NCBI RefSeq assembly: GCF_006345805.1
Contig: NC_043004.1
Coordinates: 36,456,001 to 36,520,000 of the forward strand
DNA: 64,000 nt
Source: Octopus sinensis
Lineage: Eukaryota
Direction of reading: 5' to 3'
This document shows, piece after piece, positions 1 to 13,220 of this stretch. The notes under the pieces are model-generated. The model was not told the origin of the DNA and ran no database searches. It saw only the letters and a program-made list of their open reading frames with translations. Each line of letters starts with the position of its first letter. The first letter of the stretch is position 1. A program made the translations under genes and the position numbers.

Positions 1-452
1 TTCTGAATAGATCCCGATATTTCTCAAGTTTTTCAATTTCTTTGGTATCGACTTATTATTATTATTATTATTATTATTATAGCGTTCATCGTAATTGTTT
101 TCTTTGTTGAGGATTTCGTAGAAGTGATAATAGGTGACGATAGATAATATACAGTTCCGTTAAAGGTTGTGCAAAACTGAAATGGGGAATATAGGATAGT
201 GTCTTTAATTTTAGTCAAAGCTATACAGAAGGCATTGTCACTTAGTGTGTCTCAGTAACTGTCAGGAATCATATGAAATTGCAATTTTCGAATAACTATA
301 AATCTTAAAAGTACATGCTGATATATGCCCTAAGTTGGACCTCTTATTCACATAATAACCGAACCTGGAACTTAACTATGTTCTATCCATAGCACTTATT
401 GAGCACTACCTGATACCTTTGGGTCTCACCGACACCATTACCTCTCATAATC

Positions 453-455
453 TAT

Positions 456-526
<71 letters not shown>

Positions 527-554
527 GAGATAGAGAGAGAGAGAGAGAGAGAGA
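453..554. repeat. Compound microsatellite (TA)n-(CA)n-(GA)n
   Basis: Read directly from the sequence. Representative of dozens of similar TA/CA/GA/TTA tracts across the window that are not listed individually. Confidence 0.95.
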
Positions 555-2675
555 GGTTTGTGTGGTATGTTCTCTTCTGTTTTTAATCATTTAAATTCTT
601 CCTCTGAAGAAAGCTGGTTTCTAACAAACATACAAAGCTCTATCGTTGGAAAGCAGATAACAAAAACAATGTCAGATTTTAAACTTGCATATTTTTACCG
701 TTCCACTTACAGATTCATTTTGCAATGTACGAGTTATTTATGTATGTACATATACATGTACATGTATGTATATATACATGTACTTTTACGTATGTATTTA
801 TATGTATGTATATACACACATAAATATATATACAGACACACACATACATATATTTGTATATATTTATAATCATAAATTATGCGTCTCCATAAGTATCTAT
901 ACTTGTACCTCGTACGTATATTGATGTTTAAGTAGAATAGTGATACATGTATCGTTTGAATATTTGTGTATACAAATGAAATCGAAGTTATTTATGCTAG
1001 CTTTCTAGCTACGGATACATACATACACACACACACACACACTCCCGCCATTTCTTACACCCCTCCATATGCAACCAGTTCATGCAATCTTAGATACATA
1101 TATAAACTTCTATTGATTTCTACTGATTTGTGTCCTTTTTCTCTTCTTTTGTCTGCTTTCCCCATATTGATTGGAAATATTTTAATGTAGACGGCCGGGG
1201 GATTATGGGAAATTCTAAGCATTAATTAGATTTCAACTAAATATAGCAGAAAACCTTTGAACGTAGATATTTTACCGATACGTTCAAGTGGAGCCGTGAG
1301 AATATTTTGGCACATCTGCTAGATAGCTTTTGGGTTGTATTTCATTCATTCCATTAGTTTGTCTTGCTTGCCTTTAAGGATTATATATGTACAGAGACTG
1401 TTCTAGTAGCATTCTTTACAGCCATGGGTCAGTGGTTTTCTAGTCTGCTTATAAAACCGCAATACGATTACAGATAATCGGAATGTATTTGACGTGAAAA
1501 CTCAAGATGATTACAATGTTATTATTATTCTTGTTTTTGTTTTTGTTGTTGTTGTTGGTTCTATTCATATTCTTACTGATGCTATATTTCTTCTTGTATC
1601 TTTCTCTTTTCCTAATAAGAACAGCGTATTGCAGACTGTCATTATAATGTTTAACCGCATCTCTCGTGTTCTGGGTTCAAAACTCCACATGCTGTGCTAT
1701 GCCGTCATCTCCCCGAAAACCACATCCCAGTAAAATAATTCATTAAAACAACTATTGCTGTCCCAATCCTAATATTTGGATAGCTTCACTGTTTCTTTTC
1801 GATATAAAATGTCGTCTGTTTGAATTGTTATTTTGATTTCTGTCATCTTTCTGCTGAAATACATTGGCAGACCCACAGTATAGCATGTTTTCAGACATTT
1901 TTTCTTTATATATGTGTCCTTTATATTTCATCATGCAGCCATAACTTTCCCAATATGAAAGATTCGTCGATACGTACATATGTGCGCGTGTGTATGTGTG
2001 TGTACGTGTGAATGTGTGTGTGTGTGTGTGTGTGTTTATAATATGTATAAAGTGCATTTTAAGGCGGTCGGCATTTAACAAACATTTTAGAATCTCTTTA
2101 TAACGCTACGAAGGAAATTGTGAAGAGAATTCATGCAGTTTTGGCGAAATTTCTTGTTAAGGATCTCTTTTTCTTTTCTTGCTTATTAGCATCACAAAGA
2201 ACAAATTTGACCAGAATATTTGGAAATTATTCATATATAGCATTTTAGGAGCTACAAATATATTTTATAATATATTCTCTCCTAACAATCTTTAGAAATG
2301 TGCGTGCGTGTGTGTATATGCTTGCGTGTGCGTTTGATGTATGTTCTTATGTAAGCTTACGTACATATGTATATACGTATGAGTGTGCTATTGTAAAAGT
2401 ATATATATGTATGTGTGTGTGTGTGTGTGTGATAGATTCTGCTATGAGTAGTGATCATTCGCACCCAGGTTCGAGTCCCCGACTTCTCATTCAATGATGG
2501 CATTTTTTGTTTTTCTTTTCTCAATGTCTTTAACTTTCTCCAATCTTCTTAGTTGCCAGACAAGCTTTTCTTACCGACGATTTCGTAGTTCAGGTCAGAA
2601 TCCTATTTTAAAATTCAATTTTCAGTTTCTGTTGTCGTCTTATTCCCTCCCCATCTCTCTCTCCCCTTTTTCTAG

Positions 2676-2770
2676 GTACCTATGATGTTAAGGCGGCTCT
2701 AAACGTGACATCAGATTTCTTACCGGCTAGCTATTCCCCATGCACAGGTTTCTGGTCAGCAAAGCTCGAG
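2676..2770 (+). other. Possible isolated internal coding exon, product unknown
   Basis: Strong pyrimidine tract ending ...ctcccctttttctag, then 95 nt open in one frame only (xTYDVKAALNVTSDFLPASYSPCTGFWSAKLE), then a GAG|gtgtgt donor-like site. No recognisable homology and no confirmed partner exon. Confidence 0.2.
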
Positions 2771-2904
2771 GTGTGTCATTAAAGCAGACGTGCCGTTCAT
2801 CTTTGAGGCTCCGATGAAACTATCACGTGTTATTCAAGCACTCAACTTATAGCAGAAACAGATGTAACTTCATTAAAAAAATCGTTTATTCCTTTAACTT
2901 CGAT

Positions 2905-4510
2905 AGATTTCGGCCAAGTATAGGCCATGTCCAACTTGATAGCACCAATTTCATAGGACCTGTAAAGTCATTTTTTAGTCAAGTTTTGTGGTATCATGGG
3001 CTCATTCAAGTAGGTAATTGTTGTTGACTAAGATGTATTCAGGTATAGGTGGCTTATCTGGTATGCCTTGGAAGAAATTATCCAGGTTTCGTTCGAAGGT
3101 GGTGGGAACTTTTCTTTCCTTGATTTGTTTTGCGATAATGTTGAGAAAAAGAAATTGTTTTGCTGTGAATGTATATTGTGATCCTGAATCGTGTAGAGGG
3201 CATATGGCACATGGCCCCAGCTATGGATAAATTCTGTGTCTAATTTTAAGGTATTTTCGTCAATGCTGGTGGTATACTTTCCACATTGTGCAAATAACGT
3301 AGCGCTCATGGCAACGCGGGAGAGAGTAAAGATTCAATGTTTTTAGGCGGCCTCAAAAATAGAGATCGGTCATGTCGTCCATCTTTTAGTGGATGCCCTC
3401 TAGGGTGACTCAATTCTCGTAATGTTTTATTTGGTGTGAGGAGACCACAGAAAGCAGCAATATTCTAGGTGAATTGTTCCCCAGAAGAAAGAGAATACGG
3501 TTATTTGCAAAATGCATCAGTTCAAATTTTCCCTCATTTAACTGCATTTTATTTTTTATTTTTACAGCATGTAAATCAGAATGGGATTCAGTTCGGTTTC
3601 CTTCTACATTGATAATTTTCTGAAGTTTGGAGACATCTGCGAAAATTTTTTATTTTGCAGTGTTTGATGACGCCTGAGAAGTCGGTTATACAGACAATAA
3701 ACAGAAGTGGGCTGCAAACAGTCCGCTGAAGGACACCATTGGTGACTTGCTGGGTTTGAGCGGATTCCACCGATCACAAGTTGTGTGCTGTTCCCCAAGA
3801 AACATTTAATCCACGGATGACAATATTTGACAATTGTGATTGGAGGATAATGTGGTTGACTCTCTCGAACGCTTTGCTGATGTCGACGTATATCACAACA
3901 GATTTCGAACCTGATCCCAAGGCTTTCAGAATATCATTAATGTGATGTAAGAGCTTTGTTAGGCAGTCTCTTCCGCAGTGAAAGTCATGAGGCTGGAATT
4001 TAAAAGGTTGTGGCTCTCCAGGAAGCCATTTATCAAGACCTCACCACCATTTCAAACACTCTGAAGATATATGGAAGATGAGTGAGATTATGTGACAGTT
4101 GTTTGCGTGGATCCTGTTTCCTTTTTTAATGACCGGGATGACAGATTGAGATAAGAACTGTTTCGGTATGAAGCCTGGGTCTGATGATTTTCTCCAGAGA
4201 TTGGTTAGAGGGACTGCAAGTCGGTGTCTACATTCCTTCAGGACAATAGCCGGGTATCTGTCAGGACTTGAGGCAGAGTAGTACTTGATTTCATTTGTTG
4301 CTTCTCTGATATTTGAGGCAGTAAAAGTTATGCCCGAGATAATAGTGTTGAGGACTGAGTTTATTCAGATCCCATGTATCAATGTCAGTGGGCTCACTAA
4401 AGACAGAGCAGTATTGTTTCTACGGTACTTCTGCCATTTCTTTGTAATTCTCATCTTATTATTACCAGTCTGTACCCAACTGACGCTTCGATCTGAAGCA
4501 TTTGTAGAGT
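2905..4510 (-). mobile_element. Decayed non-LTR retrotransposon (LINE), RT domain to 3' end, CR1/L2-group-like
   Basis: Minus-strand translation across stops and frameshifts gives PDRYPAIVLKEC, YVDISKAFERVNH, GVLQRTVCSPLLFIVCITDF (GVPQG..PLLF motif), FADVSKL (FADD-like) and C-terminal RNLDNFFQGIPDKP. Related to the plus-strand copy at 53.8-55.8 kb. Confidence 0.9.
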
Positions 4511-4570
4511 GAAGTGTGCACCAAGTTATTAGTACTCAATGACTCAGCGAAATATGTGTGTCTGTGTGTG

Positions 4571-4720
4571 TCTCTGCGTGCGTGTCTCTGCGTGCGTGTC
4601 TCTGCGTGCGCGTCTCTGCGTGCGCGTCTCTGCGTGCGCGTCTCTGCGTGCGCGTCTCTGCGTGCGCGTCTCTGCGTGCGCGTCTCTGCGTGCGTGTCTC
4701 TGTGTGCGTGTCTCTGTGTT
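4571..4720. repeat. 14-bp minisatellite TCTCTGCGTGCG(C/T)G, about 10 copies
   Basis: Exact 14-bp periodicity visible. It explains the overlapping spurious ORFs at 4462-4805. Confidence 0.95.
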
Positions 4721-5176
4721 TGTTTCTGTGTGTATCTGTGTGTGCGTGTGTGTCTGTGTGTGTCTGTATTTCGATTTGACATTGACATCTAATAACCTAG
4801 CGTAGAGTCAATATACAAATGCTCTCATAGCGAAACGTATGTATATGTGTTTTAGTTAGATCGAGCCAGTCTCTCACTGCTCTGTAAATTCACGTCTGTA
4901 TTCAAAGAGTCATCACGTAAGAGACTGACTCGAGATAAGTAACCACATTAATCACTATTTTGGCAATGAGAACTCTTTCTTCCGACAATCAACAGCAATA
5001 CACACACACACACATATATATACACACAATTTGTGTCCAAACAATTCTAGCGCTTTTAAATAATGTCGTTCATTCCATTTTTAACATCTGTATAAGTTAT
5101 ACAAATGTTAATATATTCAGTCACTATTTTATGGCAAAATTATTAATGTTTCTTTTGAAATTTGTTTACTTATATA

Positions 5177-5580
5177 GGCACAGGAGTGGCTGTGTGGTAA
5201 GTAGCTTGCTTACCAACAAGATGGTTCCGGGTTCATTCCTACTGCGTGGCACCTTGGGCTAGTGTTTTCTACTATAGCCTCGGGCCGACCAAAGCCTTGT
5301 GAGTGGAGTTGAGAAGGAAACTGAAAGAAGCCCGTCGTACATATATATATATATATGTATGTGTGTGTATATGTTTGTGTGTCTGTGTTTGCCCCCCCCC
5401 CAACATAACTTGACAACCGATGGTGGTACGTTTACGTCCTCTTAACTTAGCGGCTCGGCAAAAGTGTCCGATAGAATAAGTACCAGGCTTACAAAGAATA
5501 AGCCCTGGGGTCGATTTGCCCGACTAAAGGCGGTGCTCCAGCATGGCTGCAGTCAAATGACTGAAACAAGTAAAAGAGAA
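5177..5580 (+). mobile_element. tRNA-derived SINE, family B (about 400 bp, near full length)
   Basis: A-box-like TGGCTGTGTGG, B-box-like GGTTCATTCC, central ACCTTGGGC(T/A)AG domain, internal microsatellite, tail CAGTCAAATGACTGAAACAAGTAAAAGAG. A second copy lies at 15345-15740 on the minus strand. Confidence 0.9.
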
Positions 5581-6430
5581 AGAGATATTTATAGGAAAAT
5601 CATTAAACTTACATTCCTTGTGTTGGTAATAGTAAAATCACGAACAGTAATACTCGGGTGAGATTTAATTTCTGCTGTTGTTTCAACTATGAAAGGTCCA
5701 TAGTTTTCACCGCAGGTATCCAAAGTCCAGTACATTTCACAACTCTAGTAAGCGAAAGAAAAAGAAAGAAAGAAAGGAAAAGAAATAATTATTTAGTTAT
5801 TATATTCCAGAAAATTGTCTCCTTAAATATGTTTTAGAGAAGAGAATCTATGTCAATGTTATAATTACGAGAAATTAATCTTCATTTGTTGTGAAATCAA
5901 ATGACTGATATTTTTCGCAGAAGTACTTTCGAGACTCATTATCTGTCATTTGGAAATTTTTAGAGCAAAAAATAAGAAGGAAAGGAGTCATTAGAATGAA
6001 GGTGGGAAAACGGAAATAAAATGAAGGATATTTGGAAAAAAAAAAAAAATGTAAAATGTAAAAAAAAAAAACATATGCATATTTGAAAATAAAGACAGAA
6101 AAACAGTTTAATTGTTATTAGATATTGTTGTTATTAGTATTGTTGTCTATAACGGCAACACAAATAATAGTAGCAATAACAAAACTAATATTATATATAA
6201 TAAACAGCTATAGTAAAATATTGTATTTAAAGTTAATATCTGTTTGCTGGTAGCATAAAATAGTTTGATAATTCATGTTTCAGAAATAAACAGCGCAGAA
6301 TTCATTCCAAATATAAATCATTCGCTGTAATCAGTTTTGATGACATCAATATATATATAATGTAAAGTATAGAAGCCATCTTATCATGGCTAACCACATT
6401 GGGGAGGGGGCTGTTACTGTAGCTTTATAT

Positions 6431-6506
6431 ATAATATATATAAAATCTGGAAACATATATATATATATATATAAAATCTGGAAACATATATATATATATA
6501 TATATA

Positions 6507-6547
<41 letters not shown>

Positions 6548-6552
6548 CTGGA

Positions 6553-6603
<51 letters not shown>

Positions 6604-6700
6604 TATATATACAATCTGGAAACATATATAATATATATATATATTATATATATATAAAATCTGGAAACATATATATATATATATATATATAAAATCTGGA

Positions 6701-6748
<48 letters not shown>

Positions 6749-6855
6749 CCTGGAAACATATATATATATATATATATATAGTATATATATATATATATAT
6801 ATAAAATTGGAAACATATATATATATATATATATATAATATAATAAACTGGAAAC

Positions 6856-6886
<31 letters not shown>

Positions 6887-7011
6887 CTGGAAACATATAT
6901 ATATATATATATATATATAAAAATCTGAAACATATATATATATATATTATATATATATAAAATCTGGAAACATAATATATATATATATATATATAATATA
7001 TATAAAATCTG

Positions 7012-7042
<31 letters not shown>

Positions 7043-7175
7043 CTATATATATAAAAAATCTGGAAACTATATATATATATATATATATATCTATATTATA
7101 TATATAAAAAATCTGGAAACATATAGATATATATATATATATCTATTATATATATATATAAACAATCTGGAAACA

Positions 7176-7207
<32 letters not shown>

Positions 7208-7253
7208 TATATAGTATCTATATATATATATAATAAAAATCTGGAAACATATA

Positions 7254-7287
<34 letters not shown>

Positions 7288-7582
7288 GGGAAATATAAAT
7301 CTATAAAATATTATATATAATATATATATAAAAATCTGGAAACATATATATATATATAATATATAAATCTGGAAACATATATATATATATATATAAAATC
7401 TGGAAACTATATATATATATATATATAAAATCTGGAAACATATATTATTTATATAAAAATCTGGAAACATATATAATAATATATTATAAAGTCTGGAAAC
7501 ATATATATATATAATATATATAATATATATTAAATCTGGAAACATTATATATATATATTATATATATATATATCAAATCTGG

Positions 7583-7619
<37 letters not shown>

Positions 7620-8060
7620 TCTGGAAACATATATATAATATATATATATATATATATAAAATCTGGAACATATATATATATATATATATATAAAATCTGG
7701 AAACATATATATATATAAAATCTGGAAACATATTATATATATATATATAATATATATCATATATATATATATAAAATCTGGACAACATATATATATATAT
7801 TATATATAAAATCTGGAAACATATTATATATATATATATATATATAAAATCTGGAACATATATATATATATATTATATAATATATAAAATCTGGAAACAT
7901 AATATATATATATATATATATAAAATCTGGAAACATATTATATATATATATATATATATAAAATCTGGAAACATATATATATATATATATATAAATCTGG
8001 AAACATATATAATATATATATATAAAATCTGGAAACATATATATATATATATAAATCTGG

Positions 8061-8103
<43 letters not shown>

Positions 8104-8108
8104 CTGAA
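6431..8108. repeat. Punctuated (AT)n satellite with anchor AAAATCTGGAAAC, about 40 units
   Basis: A conserved 12-13 bp anchor recurs, separated by variable-length (AT)n runs. Confidence 0.95.
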
Positions 8109-8471
8109 AACTATTTTATTTCTACCTATGTGATTGTACCTGAATCAGATTTAACACGTATATAAAATGTAAAGTCGTATAGTCATCGAATCAGCAAGCA
8201 AAGAGATCAACGCTTTACAGGGTTAAATAGAAATGTTGAAATGAATTCAAGTAAGTCTCCAGCATTTTATTGAATATACACACGTGTGTATATTGATATT
8301 TTTTAGTTACTTATAATTATAACAAATAATTATGCTATATTCTTTATATAAGCGTGTATGTACATATATATGTTGTATTGTGACCCCCTTCGGTCATGAA
8401 TGACCACGTGATTGCACCTAGAAAGTTACCTTCCGAGGGACAAGTCTGAGCAAGGTTGTTTTATGGTAGAC

Positions 8472-8512
8472 CATGGCTGGCCGCAGTCAAATGACTGAAA
8501 AGAGTAAAAGAG
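8472..8512 (+). mobile_element. Isolated 3' tail of SINE family B
   Basis: CATGGCTGGCCGCAGTCAAATGACTGAAAAGAGTAAAAGAG matches the tail at about 5542-5578. Confidence 0.7.
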
Positions 8513-10216
8513 TTGAGGCATGGAGTAGATAAGATCCGGGCTACATATGATTCAGAGCTAGTGGAACTTCGGAAGTGGTAAATATCTAAGCGAGGTGTAT
8601 ACTGCAGGCTACTCTTCAGGTGAAGGGTATCTTGATTAGATGGAAGTTCACATTATCGCATGCAAGATTCAATCAGAATGTGTAGAGTAAGAGATGAGAA
8701 TATGAATGTAGAGAGAAATTAAGAATTAAAAAAAGGGGAAATGGAAAAAAGACAAAAACATAAGTAGTAAGAATTCTTCCAACAGAGACCTAATTGAACA
8801 CATGATTGTAGATGCATAATTCTATTTTTCTATATAAAAAAATAAGAAATCATATGTAGTTTAATTCTGTGGGTTTCTATGCAAAGTGCACGCGATGCTC
8901 TCTTTATTTTTATATCATAAAACACAATTAAATTGTCATTTCCAGTTGAGTGACGAAACCAACAAAATAAATAACAAAGTATTCCAGGGTGACACAATAT
9001 CTGATTCACAGAAATCTGGCATAAGTTTATGTCAAACTTAAGCATCAAACCTGAACTGAAACGTTAGTAAATCTATTATAGAAGTGCATTTTATTGTTTT
9101 GCGTCTACTGTATGGCGTTTTTCTACCTTTAGGGGTCCAGTTGACCAAACTGTTTCATCTATAGAAATGTTCTCTTAGAAATGTATAATGCCATGGAGAG
9201 ACATGATTTGCAAAGGAAATATCCATACGTTTCTATTCCAGCCAACGTTTGGCAAAAGCGATATCAGTACGACTGTAACTACAATAACAACAAAAAACAA
9301 ATCTTAGACAACAATGAATATTAAACAATAATATTGCACTCAGAAACAGGTGTAGTTCATGTTAATATTTTCATAATGCCTAATTAGCAGATTAACATTT
9401 AAATTTACTCAGACAGTTTGGCTTTGAAATTCAGTTTTATATGTTGGTACGAAAAGGGAAGACGCGTATTGTAAAACTTCTGCGGGAACTATTTTGAGGA
9501 GATGGAATATTCGATTAACTTTTAAGCGGTTGATTAATTGCAAGATCAATAATGGATTTGTGAACACTTGCGAAGAAGACCTCTTAGTGTGTATCGCACC
9601 CTGGTCAAGGAAAACAAATGAGTTCTCAGATGCTGAAATATGATACGCTGTCAATCGAAAAACAGGATGAGTTGATGCGATGTGGGCTTCTGGGGAAGAC
9701 TGACATAAGCCAAGACAGTCCAAAAATATATTTACATAATTATTTATAAAAGACGATTACAGGGGTTAAGTTGCTATACATTTCTACACCCGCCATTGCA
9801 GGGCAACATTCAAAGGCTTTAGTGATATGCAAATGCATAAAAGTAGTCAAGATTCACTTCAGTTCTGTTGATTCCTTCGCATGTAAAATTGTGTTTTATT
9901 TAAGAACTTATTTCCTTGCCTATATGTATAAGTCAATACAATCAACTTTGTCTGCGATTCAATTTCTCGTACAAGCACACGTACCACACATGTGACCAGA
10001 TTCAGATACATATATGAAAGAAAACTGCAAATTTGTCTGTGTCTGTGCATATATATATATGACACACTATGATATATGTATGCATACATAATGTATATCA
10101 GAAATAGATAGATAGATAGGCAAAAGAGGTAGACAGATATACATATTTATATATATGTAATATAGAAATTCGTATCTCTCTTTCTTTCTTCTCTCCCCTC
10201 CCTCTCCCTATTTCTC

Positions 10217-10286
<70 letters not shown>

Positions 10287-13171
10287 GAGAGAGAGAGAGA
10301 GTGAGAGAGAGATGTGTGTGTCTCTATGATTGGCCGCTTTTGTGGGCGTTGCTCGTGGTGCTCTACCTCCACTCCCCCCGCCCCCACCTACACCTTCCAC
10401 TACCACAGATTGGTGCGAGCTACTACGACATTCTGTAAACTGCTAATCCCCAGGATAAAGCCAAGTAGAATCAATAACAATATAAATATGCACTTAGCTT
10501 CACAATACACCAATGACAGTTAATCAATAGCATTCGCAGAGTGCAGCGATCGTAAAATGCTATTGCATGCCCAAGTTTTTGCTACCATTATTGCTGTTGT
10601 TGTTATTATTGTTGTTGTCAATAACATTGATACCGAGGAACCGTGATGATAGAGCAAATGTTAGAGAGCCAAACAAACTTGATTGGTTTCAGTGTTCTCG
10701 TCTTCCTTGTTTCAAATTCACATCAAATGTAGTTAAGTCTTTCGTTCTGAATATAACAATGAAGTAGAATAAATGCCATTTAAATGGAAAGTTTTTTTCT
10801 TTCTTTTTCAGTTTACCAATTTCTTTAAATTTTAGGAAGTTAATTTGACAGAGATATATTAAATAAACAGATGAAAGAAGGCTTGCAAACCTTCTCAGAC
10901 GTCGATATGGTCAACGATCCGTTAGAAATTCTGTAGATAGGAGTTCAAAGTGTTTGCACTTTAGCGACTGATCAGATATTTTAAGAGGAAGAGAAGTGAA
11001 CAAGTCAAGTATTACACAGTTTTCCACTTCAGACTTGAATATTTAATTGAGACATTGGATGAAAAGATTGTATTGACTAGCTAATGGTTTTAGTGGCTGC
11101 TATGTCTTCGTAATCAGTCAGTGGGACTCTTTTGGATACAGACTAAAATATTTTATATGTAACAGCTATACTAACCCAACTATTTGAACATTTTCCCAGC
11201 ATCTATACTATCTCGGCTACTTGAGCACAACTCTAGGAGTTATAGTGACTCGGCTGTTTGAGCAGGACTTCAATATGGAATGCACTTATATTGTACTTTC
11301 CAGTGTCTGCAGTGGGTTCATCAAGAATGAAGGCAAAGGGAACAATTAGCATGTAGAAGGCACGTTTTGTCACATTACAGTTATTCAGACATAAACCTTT
11401 ACAGAGAAGAGGTTTTGTTGTGAAAAGTTCATGGAGAGAGATACATTTCTTTCACAAATATAATGAATATGGTTTGGTGACGGTCAATGCAAGGTGAGGT
11501 TTTTTTAATCATTGTTCCTCTCAGTAATGCTTGAATTCTGCGAGATGATTAAATTTTAGGAGGCAAACATCCCTATAGAGTGAATCAACCACGAGTGAAG
11601 GACGATATCCGCGTATAAATGTTTACAAATACCACAAAATATTAATAAAGGAAAAGAATTATGGATGACTTATCAGAAGCTTGGTGAGCATATTATAAAA
11701 CGTGGGTGAGATACAGTAGCGCGGAAAACATGCTGGAATGAAACGGCTTGGATGCAAACTTTGAAACCATGAGTTGGATTACGCCGACGGGTTCGAAGGT
11801 CTGTGAATGTAAATATCCTACTGATCTCTAGTATGTGATGGGTAGCCTAACACCGTTATGTGATGTTGATTTACAAGACTTTACACGAAACATTAATGGC
11901 CTCAAAATCACAGATCATGGTAGTCGCTAGTTTCTTCAGACACATCAAGTAAAAAAATCAGTCCCTTTCTTTTATCATCTTCCTTCCTAATTCAACTGCA
12001 CAGACACTTTTCTCTATGTTGTATCCAATTATTATTTTGCATATTTTTCAGTTCATATTTTCCTGCAGTTGTATCAAAATGTCATACCAGATCTACAAAT
12101 TGCTTTTTATTGTGTCCGGTTAAATCAATAGTCTTGGCAAAACTGACGTTACTGGTTTCTCAATCTTCTACTTCAAAATTTCTTTCAAAATATCCAAGCA
12201 CTTTCATCATTATGGAAAAACAATGAAAAGGATTGGTAAGAGAAGACACTCTTGACTTACACCAACTATTTCTGAATATCCGATTAGATAACGTTATATC
12301 ATTAATAATTGGTAAGCTGGTGCTACGTGTTCGTACATTCCACCATACTGCTTAACAGCACACATGTTTAGTCAATGAAGATGAAGTCAATGAAGGTATA
12401 TCTGGCGTCCCAGGCATTTTTTTTATATTTTGTAAACTAATAACGTTACAGATCTGTCGAATATTATTTCTCCTTTCTTCTGAACCATCCCGCTTCACTC
12501 GATATTATTATCGTTGGCTTTACTTCAGCAGGGAAAACAAAATGCAAAGCTTTGCAGAAGTGCCTAATTAAGCAATCTGTATTGTTTGTTTGCCCACTTT
12601 AAATTAGCTAAGATATAACGCTTTATCATATCATTTCAATGATCCATTCTCAACGTTTTCTTTTCAGAGAATCTCCGTAACATATTCCATTCATTTCTTT
12701 AGCATGTCTGCGTCTGTATTGCCTCTCGAGGAATTTATTACATCTTAAATTCCTGATTGACTGCGAAACTTTCAAAGTTATTTCGTGTCCTTGCTAGAGA
12801 AAATTACCCTCCTTAAATGTTTTATAGCATTCTTCTCCACCTCTGTTTTGTGTTTGTAAAGCTACTCTTGGTATTTGATGAAAATGTAGGGGTTCTGTCA
12901 AAGGAAGCCTACAAATGCACATTTCGGAGAGTATAATTTATCTTATCCCTTTAACCATTATTTTTCATTAAAACACGGTTATTAGTTACTCGGAAAAATT
13001 TGTTAAATGTTTGAGAAATACAAAACTAAGATAAATTTTTAATTTTACGTAATGTTTAACGAGGAAAAATTCTTCGATGTTTAAATATTGAAGTTAGCAT
13101 TAGTAGTATAGAACCTAATACTTAATTACATACATACATGTATGTATTTATACATACACATATATTCATAT

Positions 13172-13220
<49 letters not shown>

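Noticed and set aside
2432-2490. tRNA-like B box GGTTCGAGTCCCC
   Set aside because: No A box, D arm or acceptor stem can be built; at most a decayed tRNA or SINE fragment.
4814-4843. HHR-like TACA..GCT-ctcat-AGC GAAAC GTA TGTA
   Set aside because: Stems fit but the CUGANGA box is absent; possibly a relic, not supportable.
6414-8065. Long Ile/Tyr-rich ORFs (also 16887-17439, 28222-30797, 41886-42509)
   Set aside because: Artefacts of stop-free (AT)n and (TATG)n repeats; no coding signal.
11850-11960. MULE-transposase-like ICDFEAI on the minus strand
   Set aside because: Only a short motif amid many stops; not enough to call.
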